Shown piece after piece: positions 30,249-39,206 of a DNA stretch of 64,000 nt. The notes beneath the pieces are model-generated. The model had not been told where the DNA came from. It saw only the letters and a program-made list of their open reading frames with translations, and ran no database searches. Position 1 is the stretch's first letter. Each line of letters starts with the position of its first letter. The position numbers and the translations under genes were made by a program. The stretch spans positions 237,964 through 301,963 of the forward strand of contig JAWLHY010000006.1 in NCBI GenBank assembly GCA_041690135.1, in the 5' to 3' direction. The DNA is from Armatimonadota bacterium (GTDB lineage Bacteria; Armatimonadota; SYMT01).

Positions 30249-30584
30249 CTATTCGGCCGACACGCCGCCGCCCATCCACAGGCGGGTCAGGGCCAGCAAC
30301 CAGCCCAGCACGGCAAAAACAGCAGTGGTCAGTAGAAATGCACCGATCAGGAGCGGTACGCCCAGGATTCTCTCGCGCGCGAGGTTCTCAGGCGGCGCGC
30401 TGCTCGTCGGTTCCGCTGTGCGGAGGCACCGGATGCAGTAGTTCATCCGGTCCACGCGGGTCGAACACTCAACGCACACTACCGTCCGGCACTGAACGCA
30501 GATTCCCACACCTTCTCGATCGGGATGGTTACGACATCGGAAAGTGTGCGGTAAGTTAGGGTGGTGCGTGTAGGGTTGCGACAT
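30249..30584 (-). CDS. B-box-type zinc-finger protein with C-terminal TM helix
   Basis: 111 aa. 'CRNHPDREGVGICVQCRTVVCVECSTRVDRMNYCIRC' shows a C-x2-H…C-x2-C…C-x2-C…C-x2-C pattern. A hydrophobic helix follows (LGVPLLIGAFLLTTAVFAVLGWLLAL). Confidence 0.6.
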   Translation of the reverse strand: MSQPYTHHPNLPHTFRCRNHPDREGVGICVQCRTVVCVECSTRVDRMNYCIRCLRTAEPTSSAPPENLARERILGVPLLIGAFLLTTAVFAVLGWLLALTRLWMGGGVSAE

Positions 30585-30840
30585 CGACTCGGCGTGGCTC
30601 TGCAGTGTATAACGGTTAGCGACTTCCCCGCGTTCCGTTCCACCCTGCGAGCGCGCTTTCCTTTAATGGCCCGCAACCCTACCGAGAGCGATCCGGCGCA
30701 GGAAGTTGTAGATCCGAACGTCAATATCAATTCTAGAGCGAACGACCAACCACCTGAAGGGTAGTCCACCTTTCGCATGCCGGTGTTTCAAGCCCGCCGG
30801 AATGTGGCTACGCTTTTAGGGTTTACGGCAGAGAAAAACC

Positions 30841-31698
30841 ATGGCCCAAACTTCAACCCGAATTCCAGAAGTGCTCGCCAAGCACGAGACCGCGCTTCTC
30901 GCCGCGTGGATAGGCGAACTCTCCGGCTCCATCCGACGACGGGATCTCATCAGCGAATCGGAGCTGCGGATCCAGTGTGAGGAGTTCATCCGCCTGGTGC
31001 GCGCGGCTTCCGAGAGCGGCAACATCAGTAACACTCAGGCTTCCGAGTGGGCGCCGGTCCGCGAAGTGCTGGGGGACCTGTCCCGCTCCCGTGCTCGGCA
31101 GGGCTTTACACCTCGTGAAACCGCCCTCTTCGTGTTCTCCTTCAAGAGCCCCCTTTTCAGCTGTTTGCGGGAGGAATACGGAAAGGACGCCGAAGGTCTC
31201 ACCGACGACATCTGGAACGCGACGCAACTTCTGGATGGCCTGGGGCTCTGGACGACAGAAGTCTTCCAGCAGACCCGGGAGGAAGTGATCGCCCGCCAGC
31301 AAGAGGAACTGATGGAGCTCTCCACGCCCGTCGTGAAGCTCTGGGACGGCATTCTCGCACTTCCGCTCATCGGCACACTCGACAGCGCCCGGACGCAGAC
31401 GGTGATGGAGAACTTGCTCCAGCGGATCGTGGAAACCGAGGCGGAAGTCGCTATCATCGACATCACCGGCGTGCCCACGGTAGACACCCTCACCGCCCAG
31501 CACCTGATCAAGGCAATCACCGCTGCCCGGTTGATGGGCGCGGATTGCATCATCAGCGGCATCCGCCCGCAGATCGCGCAAACTATCGTGCACCTGGGAG
31601 TTGACCTGGGTGAGGTGGTCACCAAGTCCAGCCTCGCCGACGCCTTCCAGTTGGCCCTGAAGCGCCGCGGCGTCGCGCTGCAGCGGCCTGCCGTCTGA
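30841..31698 (+). CDS. rsbR: RsbR-like stressosome sensor protein (N-terminal globin-like sensor domain + STAS)
   Basis: 285 aa. 'ELSTPVVKLWDGILALPLIGTLDSARTQ' opens a STAS domain. The N-terminus 'ETALLAAWIGEL' is RsbR-N-like. Confidence 0.85.
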   Translation: MAQTSTRIPEVLAKHETALLAAWIGELSGSIRRRDLISESELRIQCEEFIRLVRAASESGNISNTQASEWAPVREVLGDLSRSRARQGFTPRETALFVFSFKSPLFSCLREEYGKDAEGLTDDIWNATQLLDGLGLWTTEVFQQTREEVIARQQEELMELSTPVVKLWDGILALPLIGTLDSARTQTVMENLLQRIVETEAEVAIIDITGVPTVDTLTAQHLIKAITAARLMGADCIISGIRPQIAQTIVHLGVDLGEVVTKSSLADAFQLALKRRGVALQRPAV

Positions 31699-31711
31699 GG
31701 GGTAAAGTACC

Positions 31712-32068
31712 ATGGACCGGATTCCCATCCTTCGCATGGGCCCCTTCCTGCTCGTCACGATCCAGGTGGACATGCATGATCAACTGGCGTTGACACTGCA
31801 GGATGACCTGACCAATAAGATCTCCGAAACCGGCGCCAAAGGTGTGCTGATCGATATCTCCTCTCTAGAGATGGTCGACTCGTTTATCGGGCGGGTTATT
31901 GCCAATATTGCGGCGATGGCACGCGTCCTCGACGCCCAAACGGTGGTCGTGGGGATGCAGCCTGCCGTGGCCATCACCCTCGTGGAGCTCGGGCTCTCAC
32001 TGCCGGGAGTGCGTACCGCGCTGAACGTGGAAAAGGGAATGGATCTCCTTCGGACCGCACTCGGCTAG
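31712..32068 (+). CDS. rsbS: RsbS-like STAS-domain stressosome scaffold protein
   Basis: 118 aa, single STAS domain. '[10 protein letters not shown]' contains the expected phosphorylatable Ser context. Confidence 0.85.
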   Translation: MDRIPILRMGPFLLVTIQVDMHDQLALTLQDDLTNKISETGAKGVLIDISSLEMVDSFIGRVIANIAAMARVLDAQTVVVGMQPAVAITLVELGLSLPGVRTALNVEKGMDLLRTALG

Positions 32069-32084
32069 ACGGGAACGCCAGAGA

Positions 32085-32492
32085 ATGCTTGCCGTCAAGA
32101 GAGAAGAGACCTATCCCATCCGCTCCGACGCGGACGTCGTGCTGGCCCGCCAGGCCGTCCGCAAGGCGGCTACCAGTCTCAGCTTCAGCCTGGTGGACCA
32201 GACCAAAATCGTCACTGCTGCGAGCGAACTCGCGCGCAACGCCGTCATCCACGGTGGAGGCGGCCAGATGCGTCTTGAAGTAGTGGAACAGGGATTCCGC
32301 AAGGGCCTGCGCCTGGTGTTCGAAGACCAGGGGCCGGGCATTGCGGATATCGACCTGGCATTGAAGGACGGGTATACCACGGGCAGCGGATTGGGTATGG
32401 GACTGAGTGGGTCCCGCCGGCTGGTCAATGAGTTCGAAATCGATTCGCGGCCGGGCGAAGGCACGCGTGTCACTATCATCCGCTGGAAATAG
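32085..32492 (+). CDS. rsbT: RsbT-like anti-sigma regulatory factor (Ser/Thr kinase, HATPase_c_2)
   Basis: 135 aa with 'ELARNAVIHGGGG', 'DQGPGI' and 'GSGLGMGLSGSRRL' motifs. Confidence 0.85.
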   Translation: MLAVKREETYPIRSDADVVLARQAVRKAATSLSFSLVDQTKIVTAASELARNAVIHGGGGQMRLEVVEQGFRKGLRLVFEDQGPGIADIDLALKDGYTTGSGLGMGLSGSRRLVNEFEIDSRPGEGTRVTIIRWK

Positions 32493-32505
32493 CAGTGAAG
32501 CAGTA

Positions 32506-33534
32506 ATGAGAGAATCCGTGGTCCTGCCGATGCAGGAGCCGAGCCAGGTGGGCGAGGCGAGAAGAATCGCCGTGACCCTGGCCGACCGCGCCGGCTTCAG
32601 CGAAGAACGGCAGGGCCGCGTGGCCCTCATCGTTACGGAAGCCGGCACCAATCTCGTCCGCCATGCACACAATGGCGAGCTGATCCTCACCCAATTGCGG
32701 CAATCCGGCGTGGCGGGCCTGGAGATGCTGGCCCTCGACCAGGGACCGGGTATCGAGCGTCTTGATGAATGTATGCGCGACGGCTTCTCCACGGCAGGAA
32801 CTGCCGGAGGAGGCATGGGAGCCATCCGCCGGATGTCGGACCAGTTCGATCTCTACACCCAACCCGGCGTAGGCACAGCGGTCGTGGCGCGCGTCTGGCA
32901 AAGCGCTCCAACGTCACGGCCCGCCGGGAATACCTCCGGGTTCGAGATCGGAGGGCTGAGTGCACCCCTCACCGGGGAAAGCCGCTGTGGCGATGCCTGG
33001 GCGTGTTGGGCAGATGAGCACCGCGCCGTTGTCATGGTAGCCGATGGCCTGGGACATGGTCCGGCCGCGGCGGATGCCTCTGCGGAGGCGGTCGAATGCT
33101 TCTACGATCGCCCCGAATTATCACCGGACGAAATCCTGGAAGCCGTGCATCTGGCACTACGCGGCACTCGCGGTGCAGCGGTAGCGGTCTGCGAGATCCG
33201 TAGGACGCAAGGCAACGTTCGCTTTGCGGGGGTGGGCAATATCGGCGGCGTAATCGTCCGCCCCGAGGATTCGCAGCACATGGTTTCCCACCATGGCACC
33301 ATCGGACACCTGGCGCGCCGGTTTCAATCCTTCACCTACGACTGGACGCCCGATTCCCTGCTCCTCATGTATTCCGATGGATTGACCTCCCAATGGCGGC
33401 TGGATCGTTATCCTGGCTTGATCGCCCGACATCCAAGCCTCATCGCGGGTACACTGTACCGGGACTTCAAACGAGAACGTGACGACACTTCGATAGTTGC
33501 CGTCCGTTATTCGTCCCCACGACCAAACTTTTAG
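32506..33534 (+). CDS. RsbT/RsbW-like ATP-binding domain fused to SpoIIE/PP2C-type phosphatase
   Basis: 342 aa. The N-terminal half parallels RsbT (EAGTNLVRHA…DQGPGI…GGGMGAIRR). The C-terminal half has 'GDAW…VADGLGHG' and 'LLMYSDGL' PP2C/SpoIIE motifs. I chose the ATG at 32506. Confidence 0.8.
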   Translation: MRESVVLPMQEPSQVGEARRIAVTLADRAGFSEERQGRVALIVTEAGTNLVRHAHNGELILTQLRQSGVAGLEMLALDQGPGIERLDECMRDGFSTAGTAGGGMGAIRRMSDQFDLYTQPGVGTAVVARVWQSAPTSRPAGNTSGFEIGGLSAPLTGESRCGDAWACWADEHRAVVMVADGLGHGPAAADASAEAVECFYDRPELSPDEILEAVHLALRGTRGAAVAVCEIRRTQGNVRFAGVGNIGGVIVRPEDSQHMVSHHGTIGHLARRFQSFTYDWTPDSLLLMYSDGLTSQWRLDRYPGLIARHPSLIAGTLYRDFKRERDDTSIVAVRYSSPRPNF

Positions 33535-33536
33535 CC

Positions 33537-35705
33537 ATGCCCGCTCGCCGGACTCGTATCCTCGTACTGAAAATCGCAAGTGAACCCGATGTGGTGCTCG
33601 CCCGCCAGCGGGCCCGCCAGATTGCGGGAGCCCTGAGTTTCGACCCTCTCGACCAGACCCGGATCGCTACAGCCGTCTCCGAGATTGCGAGGAACGCCTA
33701 CCAGTACGCCGGCGGCGGCACCGTCGAATACGCGGTGGAAGGTCAGAACCCCACCCTTTTCGAGGTGCGCATCCAGGACCAGGGCCCGGGTATCACCGAG
33801 CGCGCGAGGCGTGGGCGCGGTGATTGGAGCACCGGAGGATTGGGCATCGGCATCAGCGGCAGCCGGGCGCTGATGGATCGCTTCGAGATCGAGTCAGTTC
33901 CAGGAAAGACCACCATTCTGCTGGGGAAGTATCTCCCCCACGCTGCCCCCCCGGTCACCAATAGTCTGCTCAACAAGCTGTCCGGGGAGTTGACGGCGGC
34001 CCGTGATGGCGGCGCGTTACAAGAGGCACTTCAACAGAACCATGAGCTTCTTCAGGCCCTGGAAGATTTGTGCGCCCGCCAGTCGGAGATCGAGCAACTA
34101 AACGCGGAACTCGACGACACCAATCGCGGCGTGATGGCGCTGTACAGCGAACTCGAGGAGAAGGCCGAGTACCTGCGGCGGATCAACGACCAGAAGAGCC
34201 GGTTCTTCTCCAACATGAGCCATGAGTTCCGTACGCCGCTGAATGCCATTCTGAGTCTTTCCCGGCTGCTCCTGGACCGCATCGATGGAGAACTCACCCC
34301 GGAACAGGAAAAGCAGGTTACTTTCATCCGGCGTTCGGCCGAGGGACTTTCGGAACTGGTCAACGATCTCCTCGACATGGCCAAGGCCGAAGCGGGCAAG
34401 ATCACCATTCGCCCCAGCGACTTCAGTGTCGATTCGCTTTTCGGCACGGTGCGCGGAATGCTGCGCCCCATCATCAGCCCTGGACGTGTTGAGTTGTCCT
34501 TTGAAGATCCGGCCGGGATCTCCAACCTGCACACCGACGAAGGGAAACTGTCTCAGATCCTCCGCAACTTCATTTCCAACGCGCTCAAGTTCACGGTGGA
34601 AGGCTCGGTTCGCGTCACTGCCAGTATGGGGCCGGCCGATACCGTCGTCTTTTCGGTCATTGATACGGGCATTGGGATCGCCCCGGAACAACAAGAGCGG
34701 GTTTTCGAAGAATTCGCGCAGGTCGAGGGTCCCATGCAGCACCGGTTCCGCGGTACCGGCCTGGGGCTGCCGCTCTCCAAGAAGCTTGCGGAACTGCTGG
34801 GGGGCACGGTCTCCCTGCATTCCGAGCCGGGAAAGGGTTCTACTTTCACCGTTCGAGTGCCCCGTATCTACTCCGGGCCCGCCGCCGTAGCCTATGTGCC
34901 GGAATCAGGATGGCAGATCGACCCAACCCGGACCCCGGTGCTGATCGTGGAGAGTGATCCGGAGACCCTCTTCACCTATGAGACTATGCTGCGTGGCACC
35001 GGCTTCCAGGGGATTCCGGCGAGGAGCATCCAGGACGCCCGCAGAGCCATACGGGACGTACATCCGGCCGTCGTCGTGGTGGCACACCTCGAGGGCGCGA
35101 GCACCGCCGCCGACCTGGTGCGAGACTTCAAGGCCGACGCCCGCTACCGGGCGACTCCCATTCTTGCCGTGTCGCCACCCGAGTTCCACGAGATGCTGCG
35201 TCTATCCGGCGTGGACGGCTTTCTCAAGGGGCACTCGGATCGGGAGGGTTTCATCAAGCAACTCCAACGGGTAACCCAGCGCACCCGTGACGACGTCATT
35301 CTCGCCATCGACGACGATCCGGTGGCCCGCTACCTCATGAAGCGCCTCCTGTCGGATACGCGTTATGAGTATGTCGAGGCCACCGGGGGTCGAGAGGGCC
35401 TTCGCATCGCGCGGATCGAGAAGCCTCAGGTGGTCCTGCTCGATCTCTCCATGCCGGACATGTCCGGGGCGGAAGTCCTGACTGAATTCCACAATGACGA
35501 CGAACTCCGCGACGTACCTGTGTTGATCGTTACGGGATTGCCCCTCAGCGACGACGAACGGGACGAGCTCAGTGGCCGGTCAGCAGGGATTCTCTCCAAG
35601 CAGGCTCTATCACGCGAGGCACTCGTGAATGCCATTCGAGAGGTTCTGGAAGCCGGCGCGGGGGCGCACGGGTCAGGCGCCACGCGGGAGGCCGCCGGTG
35701 TCTGA
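33537..35705 (+). CDS. hybrid sensor histidine kinase: RsbT-like domain, coiled coil, HisKA, HATPase and two receiver-like domains
   Basis: 722 aa. The N-terminus parallels RsbT (EIARNAYQYAGGG…DQGPGI…GLGIGISGSRAL). H-box 'FFSNMSHEFRTPLN' and G-boxes 'DTGIGI' and 'GTGLGL' are present. The C-terminal REC domain has 'LLDLSMPDMSG'. Confidence 0.85.
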   Translation: MPARRTRILVLKIASEPDVVLARQRARQIAGALSFDPLDQTRIATAVSEIARNAYQYAGGGTVEYAVEGQNPTLFEVRIQDQGPGITERARRGRGDWSTGGLGIGISGSRALMDRFEIESVPGKTTILLGKYLPHAAPPVTNSLLNKLSGELTAARDGGALQEALQQNHELLQALEDLCARQSEIEQLNAELDDTNRGVMALYSELEEKAEYLRRINDQKSRFFSNMSHEFRTPLNAILSLSRLLLDRIDGELTPEQEKQVTFIRRSAEGLSELVNDLLDMAKAEAGKITIRPSDFSVDSLFGTVRGMLRPIISPGRVELSFEDPAGISNLHTDEGKLSQILRNFISNALKFTVEGSVRVTASMGPADTVVFSVIDTGIGIAPEQQERVFEEFAQVEGPMQHRFRGTGLGLPLSKKLAELLGGTVSLHSEPGKGSTFTVRVPRIYSGPAAVAYVPESGWQIDPTRTPVLIVESDPETLFTYETMLRGTGFQGIPARSIQDARRAIRDVHPAVVVVAHLEGASTAADLVRDFKADARYRATPILAVSPPEFHEMLRLSGVDGFLKGHSDREGFIKQLQRVTQRTRDDVILAIDDDPVARYLMKRLLSDTRYEYVEATGGREGLRIARIEKPQVVLLDLSMPDMSGAEVLTEFHNDDELRDVPVLIVTGLPLSDDERDELSGRSAGILSKQALSREALVNAIREVLEAGAGAHGSGATREAAGV

Positions 35706-35709
35706 ACCC

Positions 35710-37656
35710 ATGTCCAAGCGCATCGTGCTGGTGGACGACGACGAGCCGAACCGTTACGCCGTTGGCCGGATCTTACGGAACGCCGGGATGGAAGTCTTGG
35801 AGGCCGGACGCGGCGATGAGGCTCTCCTACTGGCGAAGGATAATCCCGACCTGGTCATTCTGGACGTCAACCTCCCCGACATGAACGGCATGGAAGTCTG
35901 CCGTCTCATCAAGACGAATCCGGCGACCGCTTGCATCCCCGTCATTCATCTTTCCGCGAGTAAGGTCCAATCTCGCCACCGGGTGCAAGGGCTGGAATCC
36001 GGAGCCGACGGCTACCTGATCCAACCAATTGAGCCGGAGGAATTGATCGCCACGGTGCACGCGTTGCTGCGCGCGCGCACCGCCGAGGCTGCGCTGCGGG
36101 CTGCGGCCCGGGAGTGGAAGACCACATTCGACGCACTGAGCGACGCGATTTGCCTGGTGGCGGCCGACGGCGAGCTCTTGCGATGGAACGCGGCCATGGC
36201 GGAGTTGATCGGTCCGCATGGAGAGTGCGAGGTCGGTTCCTCTTACCTCGCACTCCCTCGCGAGGTTCGCCTTCTGGGCTTTCCCCTCCTCGAAAGGGCC
36301 CTCGAAAGCGGAAAGCGGCAAACCACGGAAGGTCGGCTGGGAGAGAAATGGTTCCGCCTGGCTGCCGATCCGGTACTGGATGAGAGCGGCGAGGTTTCGG
36401 CGGTCGTGCAGATCCTCACCGATATCACGGACCTCAAACAACTGGAAGAGGCCGCCCGGCAACGTGCCGACGATCTGGCGTCTGCCGCTCGAGCCAAGGA
36501 CGAGTTCCTGGCCATGCTCGGTCACGAGCTCCGTAACCCGCTGGGAGCCATCAGCAACTCGCTTTACATCCTGAACCAGGTCGGTGGACAGAATGAGCCG
36601 GCAATCCGCCAGCGTTCGCTCCTCCTACGACAGATTGGCCACCTCACTCGCATGGTCGATGATCTTCTCGATGTGTCGCGGATCACCCGCGGTAAGATCG
36701 AGTTGCGGAGAGAGCCCGTCGACCTGCGTCAACTGGCGCTCAGCGCCGTGGCTCCGCTAGAGCCGATGATTGCGGGCAACCAGCAACGGCTTACGGTAAC
36801 CCTTCCGGACGAGCCGGTAATGGTCCTGGCGGATACGACCCGCGTCGATCAAATCATCAGCAACCTGCTCAACAACGCGTCCAAGTATACCGATGCGGGG
36901 GGAAGCATCCATCTGAGCCTCAAGATCGAGGCAGCGCCGGAAAGCTGCCGTTTGCTTCCAAGCGATCCCGAACCCGCCGGATGCGCCGTCCTTCAGGTTG
37001 TCGACACCGGCATCGGCATTTCGCCCCAAATGCTGCCCCGCATCTTCGATCTTTTCGCGCAGGTGGACCAAACCCTCGACCGTACGCGAGGGGGCCTGGG
37101 AATTGGGTTGACCCTCGTTAGAAACCTGGTGGAAATGCATCAAGGTACCATAACGGCGGAGAGTGCCGGTCCGGGACGGGGAAGTACCTTCACGGTCCAC
37201 TTCCCACTTGCCGACGCAGCCGACCTGCTATCACCCGTAGCGGGTTCACCGGCTGCCGCCCCCGCCGGAGCGGAGGGTGAAAACCCGTTGGCACCCGCAA
37301 CAACCCGCCGAGTTCTGGTGATCGAAGATCAGGAAGATGCTCGGGAAACACTCTGCGACTTGCTGGAACTATGGGGCTTTGAAGTGGTGGCGGCGAACTC
37401 CGGCTTGGACGGCCTGGAGCAGGTCCGTGGGTTCCGGCCGGACGTGGCGCTGATCGATATCGGGCTTCCAGGTCTATCCGGATACGAAGTGGCCAGAGCC
37501 GTGCGGGCCGAGCCGGAGTTCTCGCCGACCCGCCTGATCGCTCTGACCGGCTACGGACAGGAAGAGGATCGACGGCGGGCGCAACAGGCGGGGTTTGACG
37601 AGCACCTCACGAAGCCCGTGGACCCGGAGGTCCTCCGACCGCTCCTGTGCCGGTAG
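35710..37656 (+). CDS. hybrid histidine kinase / response regulator (REC-PAS-HisKA-HATPase-REC)
   Basis: 648 aa from the ATG at 35710. REC1 has 'ILDVNLPDMNG', the H-box is 'FLAMLGHELRNPL', a G-box is 'DTGIGI' and REC2 has 'LIDIGLPGLSG'. Confidence 0.85.
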   Translation: MSKRIVLVDDDEPNRYAVGRILRNAGMEVLEAGRGDEALLLAKDNPDLVILDVNLPDMNGMEVCRLIKTNPATACIPVIHLSASKVQSRHRVQGLESGADGYLIQPIEPEELIATVHALLRARTAEAALRAAAREWKTTFDALSDAICLVAADGELLRWNAAMAELIGPHGECEVGSSYLALPREVRLLGFPLLERALESGKRQTTEGRLGEKWFRLAADPVLDESGEVSAVVQILTDITDLKQLEEAARQRADDLASAARAKDEFLAMLGHELRNPLGAISNSLYILNQVGGQNEPAIRQRSLLLRQIGHLTRMVDDLLDVSRITRGKIELRREPVDLRQLALSAVAPLEPMIAGNQQRLTVTLPDEPVMVLADTTRVDQIISNLLNNASKYTDAGGSIHLSLKIEAAPESCRLLPSDPEPAGCAVLQVVDTGIGISPQMLPRIFDLFAQVDQTLDRTRGGLGIGLTLVRNLVEMHQGTITAESAGPGRGSTFTVHFPLADAADLLSPVAGSPAAAPAGAEGENPLAPATTRRVLVIEDQEDARETLCDLLELWGFEVVAANSGLDGLEQVRGFRPDVALIDIGLPGLSGYEVARAVRAEPEFSPTRLIALTGYGQEEDRRRAQQAGFDEHLTKPVDPEVLRPLLCR

Positions 37657-37753
37657 AGCAGCCCACTTCCAGTGAAGCCCGCAAACCGTGGGAGGCGGAA
37701 ATTCAGGACTCCCGGGCCGCTGCGGCGAACCTGCATCGGTATGGGAGACCCGC

Positions 37754-39178
37754 ATGTCACAGAATAGACCTCCACGAACCAGGAGGAACCTGCCGATCTA
37801 CCTTCAGGTGCTGGTTGGCGTCGTGCTCGGCGCGGCCCTGGGGGTGATCTTCGAAACCCGCCCCTACCTCTTCGGGCTACGCAACGACGACCTCGGCCAA
37901 CTCGGGTTGCTCGTCATCCGCCTGCTCAAAGCCCTCGCCGTTCCCCTCATCCTCTTTGCCATCCTGGACGCCTTCGTGCGAACGCGCCTCTCCGCCCGCA
38001 GCGGTGGTCGGTTGGTTCTGATCTGTCTGGTGAATGTCACCGTCGCGATGACGATCGGCCTGCTGATCATGAACACGCTGAAGCCGGGACTCCAGTGGCG
38101 CGGACGGATGGATGAGTTGCAAAGCCTGGTGCAAACCGCGTCGCACACCGCACCGGCACCGGCCGGCGCGGCACCCCAGGTTTCCGCCCCCCAAACGGCA
38201 GCTAAAGCCGACGGACCGACTCTGAACCCGATCAAGAACATCGCGGGTTACGTTCCGGAGAGCCTGGTCGATCCCTTTGTAAAGAACAACGTGATCAGCG
38301 TGGTACTTCTGGCGCTTCTGCTGGGAGCCGCACTGCGCCGGGTCCGCGACGTACAGCGCGAAACGGGTGAGGATACGATCGAGGCCGTCGAACGGTTCGT
38401 GAAGGCAAGTTACGAGATCTTCCTGCAAATGCTGGAGTGGGTCGTGCGGATGGTACCGTTCGCGGTCTTCGGCGTGGTCGCACAGGTAGTCGGCAAGTCC
38501 GGCCTGGGCATCTTCAGCATCCTCTGGGTCTTTCTCGGGACCGCCATGCTGGGGCTATCGATCCATGCCCTGCTCTACTATCCGTTGGTGGCCTGGCTGG
38601 TCGGCAAGAAGTCCCCACGGGAGTACATCGGCAAAGGCGCGGACGCGATCATCACCGGTCTTTCAATCAACAGCAGCCTGGCCACCGTCCCCGTCACCCT
38701 GCGCTGTCTCACCCAGAAGATGGGTGTTTCGGAGCAGTCCGCGCGCCTCTCGGCATGCGTGGGCACCAACCTGAACAACGATGGGGTCACCCTTTACGAG
38801 GCGATGGCCGCGCTCTTCCTTACCCAGGCGCTGGGGATGACCCTGGGCCTGGAGCAGCAATTCATCGTAGTGCTCGCCTCCATCATGGCCGGGGTGGGTA
38901 TCGCGGGCATACCCGAAGCGGGGCTCGTGGTACTGCCGCTGGTGCTCGGCGCGGCCGGGCTGCCCGAGGGCGCCATCGCCGCCGCCATCCCGCTCATCAT
39001 CCCCGTAGACTGGATCATCGCGCGCCTCCGCTCCGGCGTGAACGTGATGAGCGACATGCTGGTCGCTATTCTGCTCGACGTCGGCCGCAAGCCGGAGACC
39101 GAACCCGGCATCGGATCGGATGGCCAGGACGGTTCTTGTGTACTGGCGGATGCTGTCGCGGAGATGACCCCTCGCTAA
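37754..39178 (+). CDS. dicarboxylate/amino acid:cation symporter (DAACS, GltP-like)
   Basis: Polytopic membrane protein with 'SSLATVPVT', 'GTNLNNDGVTLYEAMAALFL' and 'AGIPEAGLV' motifs typical of DAACS. I chose the ATG at 37754, preceded by GGGAG. Confidence 0.9.
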   Translation: MSQNRPPRTRRNLPIYLQVLVGVVLGAALGVIFETRPYLFGLRNDDLGQLGLLVIRLLKALAVPLILFAILDAFVRTRLSARSGGRLVLICLVNVTVAMTIGLLIMNTLKPGLQWRGRMDELQSLVQTASHTAPAPAGAAPQVSAPQTAAKADGPTLNPIKNIAGYVPESLVDPFVKNNVISVVLLALLLGAALRRVRDVQRETGEDTIEAVERFVKASYEIFLQMLEWVVRMVPFAVFGVVAQVVGKSGLGIFSILWVFLGTAMLGLSIHALLYYPLVAWLVGKKSPREYIGKGADAIITGLSINSSLATVPVTLRCLTQKMGVSEQSARLSACVGTNLNNDGVTLYEAMAALFLTQALGMTLGLEQQFIVVLASIMAGVGIAGIPEAGLVVLPLVLGAAGLPEGAIAAAIPLIIPVDWIIARLRSGVNVMSDMLVAILLDVGRKPETEPGIGSDGQDGSCVLADAVAEMTPR

Positions 39179-39206
39179 CCATCCTACGGGTTGAAACCCG
39201 CAAATC

